From Octopus sinensis (Eukaryota), in the NCBI RefSeq assembly GCF_006345805.1, contig NC_043009.1, forward strand, positions 30,504,001-30,568,000: 64,000 bases of DNA. The letters are read 5' to 3'. Below are positions 38,386 through 48,434 of this stretch, piece after piece. Under the pieces are notes generated by a model. The model made no database searches, was not told the origin of the DNA, and saw nothing but the letters and a program-made list of their open reading frames with translations. Position 1 is the stretch's first letter; each line of letters begins with the position of its first letter. The translations under genes and the position numbers were made by a program.

Positions 38386-39138
38386 TATATATATAGGGCG
38401 TCAGTTTGCAGCGGCAAAAGTCCATGGCATCGAGGTAAAATACATTTTACTTGAAAATCATCACCGAAATCTGATCTGTTTGAGAATATTTTTGAATTGC
38501 CTATTTGCCAAAATAGACTAGTAGCACTTTCTTTGGATTGCATTGTTTTACGTTGCACCATCTAACTACGTCTGTAATTCATATTCAGCTATATTCTATC
38601 GTTTCTTTACCAAAACATCTGTCCTCACACTCTGTCTGTAGGCTGTTTTAACTCTCTATAAATGTTTTTATTCCTTCAGACATTTTCTACTGATGATATA
38701 ATCAGTAACTACTGCACGAAAATACAAGCAAAAGAATACGGAAACAGAAACTAGAATTTATAAAACAAAACAAAAAGAAAATAGAGAACTAATTGCAATA
38801 AGATTATGCCATTAATGTGTACAATGTGAATCATCTACAAAAGAACCTTAGCCATTTCAGTTTTAAAACGTAATGGCAAGAATACAAATAAAAGAATTAG
38901 GCAGGAAGAAAGTTGTTTGCAGATCTATTAATGATCTTTATGTAGCGTGTACTTCGATACACCTTGGTGTACAAGGCTTCCTGTATATTGTCAAGTGGGA
39001 GTCAATGATTAAATGTCTATGTATGTATGTATATATGTATATATGTATGTATATATGTATGTATGTATATATATATATATGTATATATGTATATGTATAT
39101 GTATATATATATATATATCTATATATTATATATATATA

Positions 39139-39223
<85 letters not shown>

Positions 39224-39749
39224 GCACATATATATATGTATGTACGCATGTATATATATAAACATACACAGAGGCGGATAAACACATCAATTCTCAGAGC
39301 AACCTTTTATGTAATTAGTAACCATTGTTGTTTCTTAGTATTTTCTGTTTTGTTTTTTTAATGTTATTTTGCCTGCTTTTCTGGTCGATTCTTTTTCTTT
39401 TTATGTTTATGTCATTTTTTATTGCTTTTGTTCGTTTTCTTTTAACTTTTGTTTTTAGAGGCAATCTAGTAGACATCAATCTTTCATGCTGACTTAGCAG
39501 TATGACAGAGGTATTTCGGTGCCATTTTTCATGTGCAGATAATTTTGCTGCCGGACATATGACTTGCGTGGTGTACAAGAAATAGAAAGGGGGGAGGTAA
39601 GGGACGGAAAAGGGGAGAGAGGAGAAAAGGGAAGATACACAACCAACCCTCCTGTTTTTCTAAATGACAGAAACGTTCCTGACAGCTTCCTGTCTCACTT
39701 CCATTAGACTCGCTATTATTGTCGTACTTGGCTTCCTACAATGAAAGCA

Positions 39750-39797
39750 ATAACAGTATCAACAACAATAACAGCAGCATTCTTAATAATGGTCATA

Positions 39798-39829
<32 letters not shown>

Positions 39830-40641
39830 CATAATGTGGAGGAGGAGGAGGAGGGGGAAGACAATAATGACCAGGATAGTGATTGAGAGGAACATGGCGG
39901 TGTGACGGTTACGCCGATGTTAGCAGTATTCACGGTGTTGTAGCTGTTGTTTCTAGTTTTAGTAGTGGTAGTTGTAGTGATGGTGGTAGTACTAGCAGTA
40001 GTGGTAGTAGTAGCATCAGTAGTAGTATTAGAAGTAGTAGCAGTAGTAGTAGTAGTAGTAGTAGTACTAGTAGTAGTAGTAGTAGTAGTAGTAGTAATAG
40101 TAGTAGCGGTGGTGGTAGAAGTAGTGGTGATGGTGGTGGAATTAGTAGTAGCAGCAGTAGTAGCAGTTGTAGTAGTAGTAGCAGCGGTGGTGGTGGTGGT
40201 GGTAGAGTTAGTGGTGGTGGTGGAAGTAAAAGTAGTAGTAGTAGCGGTGGTGGTTGTTGTTGTGGTGGTGGTGGAATTACTAGTAGTAGTAGTAGTAGTT
40301 TACATGTAGCCATATATATGCATTGAAATGTTAAGGGGAGAGTGTAGAAAGTTTCTTGGGATCCTTATTTACTGAAGCCAGAATCGAATGGAAATAAATG
40401 GATCTGAACAGAATCCATGAAACAACGCAGATTTAAGTGAGTGGAACAGTATTGGCTAAGAAAAGATGGAATTACGAGTGTGATGGTGGTGGATGATGGC
40501 GGTGACGATGATGGCGATGATGATGATGACTTCACTCATTACGACTCGCATCAAGCGCAAAAATTTTCTGAATTTGTAAAAATAAACGAGGAAGCAAATA
40601 TTAAGATTATCAAAATAGCAATCAAAAACGTTATCATTAGT

Positions 40642-40683
<42 letters not shown>

Positions 40684-40860
40684 GTCATCATCATCATCGT
40701 CATCATCATCATCATCAGTCATTACCAACATCATATTTAACGTCGTCGTAATTGTCATCGTTGTCGTTGCCAACAGCAGCAGTAGAAGCAGCAGCAGCAG
40801 CAGCAGCAGCAGCAATAGTAGCTGTATCCACGTCATCCTTGTCGTCACTGAGTTCGTCAG
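39750..40860. repeat. Compound trinucleotide low-complexity blocks (TGA, GAG, TAG/TGG/CAG, CAT, CAG)
   Basis: Read directly from the sequence. They produce poly-S/V/L/P/D/I ORFs on both strands. Confidence 0.9.
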
Positions 40861-40911
40861 CGTTCTTATTATTCTCATGAGAACCCTCCACTCATCCACG
40901 ACCCAAGATCC

Positions 40912-41053
40912 CTATCTCCATGGCTGCTTCTCTTGATTGGGTTTGCAACCACATCCTGAATGTTGTGAACAGTTACAATCTTGCATTATAATGTCGGTGA
41001 GATGAAACAAACCAGGCACTTGCAGTTTTTTTCTTGATCCTCCATCGATCCCA
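40912..41053 (-). CDS. Candidate terminal coding exon of an unidentified gene
   Basis: Strong acceptor (..CTCTCACAAAATTTTTCAG). The phase-2 frame GIDGGSRKKLQVPGLFHLTDIIMQDCNCSQHSGCGCKPNQEKQPWR* is the longest and is in frame with the two upstream candidates. Confidence 0.35.
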
Positions 41054-42483
41054 CTGAAAAATTTTGTGAGAGACGTGAGAGAAATGAAAACTACATAGAG
41101 GCATTTCGAAAGATCTGTTTTTGCTGTTGTGTACTGAACTTTATCGTTCTGTTAAACACTACGATCTACTTCCTTGACTACAATTAGCGATTTCCATTAT
41201 AATAGAAGAATCGGGTCGAGGTGACCCGTAGAGGATACATTTATACCTTCGATCCACCGATCATGGAGGTTCTAAAAAGGATCAAGATAATCTTGATCCT
41301 TTGTTTATTCGTTTCGGCCTTTACTAGGCCACAAACGTCCTTTTACATTACTGTCCGTTTCTTTCTCACTGTTTTCAAGAAATTCTTCATGATCCCCGTA
41401 CAAGAACACACTATAAACTTTCAGTGAACAACAAGACAGCTATTTTCAAGTCCATTATTCTCCATATTTCAATCGCAGCACATAAGAGATGATTTGGCTT
41501 ATAAAATTCAATCAAATGCGAGTATTCAGAGCAAGTTAAGCACGTGACAGCCAAATTCTTTGCTTATATCTTTTGGCACGTTGATGCTGATTTCTTTGAG
41601 TGCATTTCTACTTGCAATATGCATGTGAACACACATGCACACGTATATATGCATATATATGTATACATACAGACATATATATGTATCTATGTATATAGCT
41701 ACACACACACACACACATACACACATATTTACACAAACATACATATACATTCTTTCGTACACCAAGATATTTCCCACCTCCCTCTCCCTCTATCTCCCTT
41801 TCTCTCTCTCCCCATTCTTTCTCTCCTTCTCTCTCTCCTCTTCTCTTTCTCTTCTTCTCTCTCTCTCTATATATATATGTGTGTGTGTGTGCATATTTGG
41901 GTGTGTATACATCTATACATGCGAATATATATATATGTACACACACGCACATATATTCACACTTGCTTATTCACTTACTTCCTTTCATAAATATGTCTGT
42001 ACAGAAGTGTAAATATTTCAGAAAATTTCTTTCTTTTTCAACTGAGTCTCTTATCTTTTATAAAGTAAAATAAGTACACTTATCTCGAACCTATCTCTTC
42101 TTTCACCTTCATCTTAATAACATATTTTCATGTCACATACTTTTGTCTTTCCTCATTGCAATATTTTCATTTGTTTTTCATTATTCTCTATTCATATTTA
42201 CGTGTAAGAATCTAGATCCACTGCCATTTATCATCATTTGTTTCTTTTCATATTATATATTTATGAAATCTAAGCTTCATCTGTTTCCTTTAGAAGTGAG
42301 CTTTTATTTCGGTGAGAGTTTTGGAGAATAGAGGAAGATTCAAAAGTCATACTTCCCTTCTGCTTTATTTTTCTTGCACAAAAGCCTTACTTTCTATACT
42401 TCACTTTTGCTGTTCATTTTGTACTATGACGAATTGAAGTTACAAAGATACCAAACAATACTTTGTTCCTTTTGGTTGTTTAC

Positions 42484-42553
42484 CTCCGGCTGAGCCCTTG
42501 ACAGGAGGATTTATGTCCAAACGCCTTCCAGCAGCATCTACCATCACCTTCAA
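42484..42553 (-). CDS. Candidate 70-nt coding exon
   Basis: TTGTTGTCCTCCATATACAG acceptor and GAG|GTAAAC donor. The phase-1 frame (V)EGDGRCCWKAFGHKSSCQGLSR is open. Confidence 0.4.
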
Positions 42554-42839
42554 CTGTATATGGAGGACAACAAATTTCAAATGGGCCTTTTCGATTTTAG
42601 CGACATTGGTGTGTAATTTCAAGTGAGTTTTTCTGTTATAGCTAGCACAATAATTAGCCTTATATATATTCATCTCATTTTGTGCGCTGTAGCTTTTACG
42701 ATGACTATAATGATATAAATAGGCATCAAATTTATTATATTTGCTTAGGGTTAGAGAGCTAGATCTCTCTAATCAGCAGATCGTATCCACTGCTCACACT
42801 GGACACTATAATATATAAGGGCTAAAGCACAGTTCTAAC

Positions 42840-42918
42840 CGCCTCTAGCTGTCAAGTTCTGGATGACCAAATGCGTCTGATTTGGGAGGCCGAATGTTTG
42901 GTCGATATTCTCTCGCGA
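42840..42918 (-). CDS. Candidate 79-nt coding exon
   Basis: CTAAT branch-like motif, TTGTTTTCGGTGTCTGTGCAG acceptor and GCG|GTTAGA donor. Only phase 0 is open: SRENIDQTFGLPNQTHLVIQNLTARG. Confidence 0.4.
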
Positions 42919-43280
42919 CTGCACAGACACCGAAAACAATTAGCAAAGATCAGAGTATTTGTTCTCAAGTCCATCTTGCTTATAAACATTCCTGACAGTA
43001 TTGAGCCATTTTCTTCCTGATTCAAAGCTATAACAAATTTGCCATATTCTCACAAGCAGAGTGGAACCAACATTGCACCGTTTACTCTCCGTACAAAGAT
43101 ACTCCACTATTGAATCATTTTCTCCTTGGTACAAATATATTCGAGTAGTCAGCCATTTTGTCCTTGGTACAAACATGGCATAAATATTTTTTCGTTTTTC
43201 AGCAATTTCGAATATATATCTGTATTATAATATTTCCTCGCAGGTACAAGTATACATATATATATATATATATATATATA

Positions 43281-43315
<35 letters not shown>

Positions 43316-44609
43316 CCATATCTCCTGATAGAAAGCCATACAGGTCGTTTGCAGCTGTTTCACTGATACAAACACACACCAGTGGTGCTTTTTTGCCATT
43401 TTATTCTCGCACTATAAACATGTCTTTCATTCTTTTAGATTTATATGAATATATGTTGTTTTTTTTGTGTTCTCGGTGCTGGAGTGGAAATTGCATCTTC
43501 CTCACAGAAAAGTAACCAATATTTTGTACGTAACTTTTCAATGTCATTTTGCTTTTGGTCATGATGTTTTCAGATTTGCTTTTCGAAAAACCAATTCTCT
43601 TTTATCCTGTTTTATGTGGTCCTAATCTTTTCAGAGAGGAAAATAAACAACCATGAAAATCTCCTACAACTATATACATATATGTAGGTGTGTGTGTGTA
43701 CGTGTGTGTGTGTGGTGTGTCTGTACATGTGTGCGGGTGGATTTATCTCGAAAAGAAAGAAAAATTGCGATAATAAATAATAACAATGATATTTATGATG
43801 ATGATGATGATCATGCTGATAGCGACGATGATGGCGACAACAACAACGACATAACGACGATGACAGCTACGCCGACGATGATGACGACAATGATAATAAT
43901 AATAATGATGATGATGTTGTTTAGATATAGGTAGATGAAGTAGACCTGTAATGAAATAGCTCCATCCGTGACTATTCCGTATATTATCAAATGTTTAAGG
44001 GATTCAGGTTCACATATTACGCAATGTCGTTTTTAGGACTCTAAGCTGTGGTTTAAAGGTCGTTTAATTGACGTTTCTGACAGATCGGGCGACCGCAGAA
44101 AAGCTTTTTCATTGGTTAATAACTATAACCAATGTGGAACACAAGTTTATTTATTACTTATTGATTAAAAATATAACTTAGTACTGCCTCTTAAGCAACT
44201 CTGTTTACTAAATCTTCAAGCAAGTGACTTTTAAATTCCGGTTTCTAAAATAAACTTTATATAAACATTCCCTGGTTTAAACTAGTGTGCTTAATGTTTG
44301 GTTAATGTGGTGGAGATAAAACTTACAATATGTTAGCTATATTAGTTGATCTGCAACACGGAATAAATCTCAATAGATGAAATGAATAAATGTAAGAGAA
44401 CCAGAAGTCTCAAGTGGGTGTTTTCTATCAACTCTTACTTTGCTACAGAAGTTGAAATGTTTCTGCATAATATTACACTTACAGTAAAATCTCTTGTGTA
44501 ACAGCGCGCATTTGCAATAAATTTCACTTCACACACACCGTGAGCAAACAAGGAACTGTATAGAGTTCCCATTAAAATGGTTCTGATATTTTTGATGTTT
44601 AGTTTTATT

Positions 44610-44743
44610 GAAATAAATCATCATCATCATCGTCATCATCATCTTCATCATGATCATCATTATTATGAACATTACTTACGTCACCATAAACACTACTACT
44701 ACTACTTCTGTTCTTTATCTTCCTCCCCATACTACTACTATTG

Positions 44744-44791
<48 letters not shown>

Positions 44792-44915
44792 ATGTTGCTC
44801 CTATTAAGATATGAACATCGCAGTTACTATTACACCACTTCACCACCATCTATACAAGCATAATCATGGTCATGATGATGATGGCGACGACGCTGACAGC
44901 GATGACAATGATGAC
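44610..44915. repeat. Compound trinucleotide tract (CAT/CTA/GAT)n
   Basis: Read directly from the sequence. Confidence 0.85.
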
Positions 44916-45150
44916 GATGATATTTTCCTAATATTGTGTTGCAGAGAGCTGAGATCCAATTTATTTTCCCACTTAGGCTTTGTACCACTAGAATTTCTTA
45001 TTGTTACATCCCTTTTTTTTCCAACTGTAGGTTGTGATTTGGCTGTTATTTCTAGCAAGCAGCAAAGCATCGACTCCCTGATTGGTACTTTGAAAAATAA
45101 TCGTGTGGAAAAATAAAACACTTTAGTGTACAGTTTAAATTGATTTCCAT

Positions 45151-45210
45151 ATTTTCTAATTCCAAATATATTTAGTTTATATTTTCTAATTCCAAATATA
45201 TTTAGTTTAT
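45151..45210. repeat. Perfect 30-bp tandem duplication
   Basis: ATTTTCTAATTCCAAATATATTTAGTTTAT x2. Confidence 0.97.
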
Positions 45211-45351
45211 ATTTCAGATACAGAGGCACTTATCTAATCTGCATATATATATATAAATTTGGCGCGAGTGCGATGATTTGAAAATTTTAGGTCAGATATT
45301 ACCTTGGCAGGGTCGGAAATGCCTCGTGAAAATATCTGTCCGACTTGGGCT

Positions 45352-45456
45352 ATTCTTACTGAAGAATCTGAGGGCCTATGGAGATTGGCTTGATTTAATT
45401 TAATCAGGTTAGTTTACCATTAAACAGCAGATGAAACGGTGCATCGTATAAGAAAT
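45352..45456 (+). ncRNA. Type I hammerhead ribozyme, copy 1
   Basis: ATTCTTA-CTGAAGA-ATCTG..CAGAT-GAAA-CG(GTGCAT)CG-TA-TAAGAAAT. Predicted cleavage after 45448. Stem I is one T shorter than in copies 2 and 3. Confidence 0.7.
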
Positions 45457-45852
45457 TACAGGGTAAATGTTTTTTAAATTTTCTCCTGTTTACGGAATTG
45501 ATTTTTATTTGCGGTTGAAGCTTTGGCTGTTATTTCTAGTGGGTGAATGGCCTATTATGGCCGTTCCTTGATTGCTGATGTTGAACTTAAAAATGGTCTA
45601 TGACTATTTAATTTTTTCCCACTAGGCCGCTGGTGGCAAAAAAAAAAAAAAAAAATTCTACAAAATTTTTTTTTTGCCACCCTATATTGATTAATTATGA
45701 ATTTTCTGGTTAATTCCGTAATGGAATCGACGGCTTATATTTATTTGCTGCCGATAAATTTGGCGCGAGTGCGATGATTTGAAAATTTTAGGTCAGATAT
45801 TACCTTGGCAGGGTCGGAAATGCCTCGTGAAAATATCTGTTCGACTTGGGCT

Positions 45853-45959
45853 ATTTCTTACTGAAGAATCTGAGGGCCTATGGAAGATTGGCTTGATTTA
45901 ATTTAATCAGGTTAGTTTACCATTAAACAGCAGATGAAACGGTGCATCGTATAAGAAAT
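45853..45959 (+). ncRNA. Type I hammerhead ribozyme, copy 2
   Basis: Stem I ATTTCTTA/TAAGAAAT (8 bp), core CUGAAGA at 45861-45867, stem II ATCTG/CAGAT, GAAA at 45936-45939, stem III ACG/CGT, GUA triplet. Predicted cleavage after 45951. Confidence 0.78.
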
Positions 45960-46346
45960 TACAGGGTAAATGTTTTTTAAATTTTCTCCTGTTTACGGAA
46001 TTGATTTTTATTTGCGGTTGAAGCTTTGGCTGTTATTTCTAGTGGGTGAATGGCCTATTATGGCCGTTCCTTGATTGTTGATGTTGAACTTAAAAATGGT
46101 CTATGACTATTTAATTTTTTCCCACTAGGCCGCTGGTGGCAAAAAAAAAATTCTACAAAATTTTTTTTGCCACCCTATATTGATTAATTATGAATTTTCT
46201 GGTTAATTCCGTAATGGAATCGACGGCTTATATTTATTTGCTGCCGATAAATTTGGCGCGAGTGCGATGATTTGAAAATTTTAGGTCAGATATTACCTTG
46301 GCAGGGTCGGAAATACCTCGTGAAAATATCTGTTCCGACTTGGGCT

Positions 46347-46453
46347 ATTTCTTACTGAAGAATCTGAGGGCCTATGGAAGATTGGCTTGATTTAATTTAA
46401 TCAGGTTAGTTTACCATTAAACAGCAGATGAAACGGTGCATCGTATAAGAAAT
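46347..46453 (+). ncRNA. Type I hammerhead ribozyme, copy 3
   Basis: Identical motif to copy 2. Predicted cleavage after 46445. Confidence 0.78.
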
Positions 46454-46619
46454 TACAGGGTAAATGTTTTTTAAATTTTCTCCTGTTTACGGAATTGATT
46501 TTTATTTGCGGTTGAAGCTTTGGCTGTTATTTCTAGTGGGTGAATGGCCTATTATGGCCGTTCCTTGATTGTTGATATATATATATATTATATATATATA
46601 TATTATATATATATAATAT

Positions 46620-46665
<46 letters not shown>

Positions 46666-46938
46666 CGCGTATGCATACGTTTATAGGTTTAATAGTATGT
46701 ACATATATATAATTCGCATGTATGTATTGATAGTTATGCATATATCTGTCGGTCTAACTATTTATGTATATATGTGAGTGCATTTGTGTGTGATTGCATC
46801 TGTGTGCGCATGAATACAAATATATCGATAAAAATACCTGTCTATATACGTACGTGTATCTACCTTTATATTCCTCCACTTCACTCTGTATTTTATATCT
46901 TCTGTATAATAACTAATGCTTAACCATTTTCTCGCACC

Positions 46939-46986
46939 GTCTCTGATGAAGGGATATATAAAATATCCCGGAAACATCTGTAAGAC
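46939..46986 (+). ncRNA. Minimal Penelope-type hammerhead motif (solo)
   Basis: GTCT-CTGATGA-A-GGGATAT(ATAAA)ATATCCC-G-GAAA-CA(TC)TG-TA-AGAC. All three stems pair, with one extra nucleotide on each side of stem II. Confidence 0.6.
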
Positions 46987-47053
46987 CTTCTCTTTATAAA
47001 TGTTCTGAAATCTTTCACAGCCTTGGATTTTTTTATCTCATTCTGTTTATATA

Positions 47054-47099
<46 letters not shown>

Positions 47100-47894
47100 T
47101 ATAGATATGTTAGAAGTCTTGCATGGAAAGTTTCTTTTTTTCTTCGATGTTATTCCTCTAGACAGCAGACTGTTCTTATATGTCATTGTTTCCACATTAA
47201 ATATTTGATATGTTTCTCTTGTAGTTTGGTCTTTGTGTGTGTCACCACCACTTGCTGATAAGTAAACTGTCAGACTATGAAGGTTGTGTGTCTAAAGTGA
47301 TCACATGTTGCAAATACCAGTTGAATTTCTTTCATATTTTATTCAGCTTGCTGTCAGTGAAACATACTTATTATAACAAGAAGGATCATTGCAAGAATTT
47401 AGCGAAGTACACAGAAAGCAATGGAGAAAATATACAATGAATGCTGATGACATTACAATATTGAATTTTTAGTTTCTAATCATTACTCTTGCTGGTGTTT
47501 TGCTTCGATCAAGTTTGCTCAAAAAAGTTATCAGTTATATATTATGGTTGACTTGATTGCCATTATCTCACCTATCTTTAACGTTGTTAGAATTTCATAA
47601 AGATGCTTTAGGATATTTCGTTTGGCTCTTTATACTCTAAAGGTCATTAGTGTTACATTTAATCCGTCGTCCAAGTTAATACCATATCGTCATTGAGTGT
47701 CTTCAGTAAGTGTTCATCCTATGATTAACATTTGGTCCAAAGCTCAACGAAATTCCCATAACTGTTTCCTTTCTTTTTCACCAATAGGAGAAACGAAGTA
47801 CTAAAGGCGTTGCCTTACATCAAACACCTAGCATTAAACAAATTACCTCGAATCTTGTCAAGATAGATATGGATAATATTAGTTTCAAATTTTG

Positions 47895-48092
47895 GCACAA
47901 GGCCAGCAGGTTCGGGGCAGGAGTAATTCGATGACATTGACATCAGTGTCCAACTGGTATTTATTTTATCGAAATTGAAAGGATAAAAGGCAAAGCTGAA
48001 CTCGGCGGAATTTGAACTCAGAATGTACAGACGGGCGAAATGTCGCTAAGCAGTTTGCCCGGAGTGTTAACGACTTTGCCAGCTCACCGCCT
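47895..48092 (-). mobile_element. SINE family B
   Basis: AACTCGGCGGAATTTGAACTCAGAA..TTTGCCAGCTCACCGCCT. Confidence 0.85.
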
Positions 48093-48392
48093 GAAAGATA
48101 TTTTGAATAATATTGACATTAGTCTACAATGGAGTAATGCCTCTACAATAAAGAATGTATACTTCTAGGTTAAGTAAAGTAAATGACAGTGACAGATGTT
48201 ATAATTTATATGCTCTTCTGAGGTATAAACAACTAGATTAAGTTGTATAAATGCACTGAGATATTTAGCTATTGTTATTCATAATCGAAATGGCTGCTGG
48301 ATATATTTAATCCACATAATTCCATAAAACGCAATGCTGATACATATTCATCTTGTGAAACAGATGTTCTGTTCTCGTATATTTCATGGGCA

Positions 48393-48434
<42 letters not shown>

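Larger units (their letters stand above)
45253..46575 (+). mobile_element. Tandem array (~2.7 copies, ~495-bp unit) with one hammerhead per unit: putative non-LTR retrozyme
   Basis: Units start at 45253, 45754 and 46247 (ATAAATTTGGCGCGAG). They differ almost only in homopolymer lengths, and both ends abut (TA)n. Confidence 0.8.

Noticed and set aside
39883-40326. Gly/Ser-rich or Pro/Leu-rich structural protein ORFs on both strands
   Set aside because: All frames are open simply because of TAG/TGG/CAG triplet repeats, and there are no flanking splice or start signals.
41305-41345. Minus-strand GGCC-loop-GGCC-GAAAC as a hammerhead
   Set aside because: The upstream heptamer CGTTTGT matches CUGANGA poorly and there is no stem III or NUH site.
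45259-45290. Pol III promoter at the start of the retrozyme unit (TGGCGCGAGTG resembles an A box)
   Set aside because: There is no convincing B box, and several T4+ runs follow immediately, which would terminate Pol III.
45253-46575. Minus-strand ribozyme in the array (as in viroid-like RNAs with ribozymes in both polarities)
   Set aside because: No TCNTCAG (reverse complement of CUGANGA) was found in the unit. Other ribozyme classes were not excluded.
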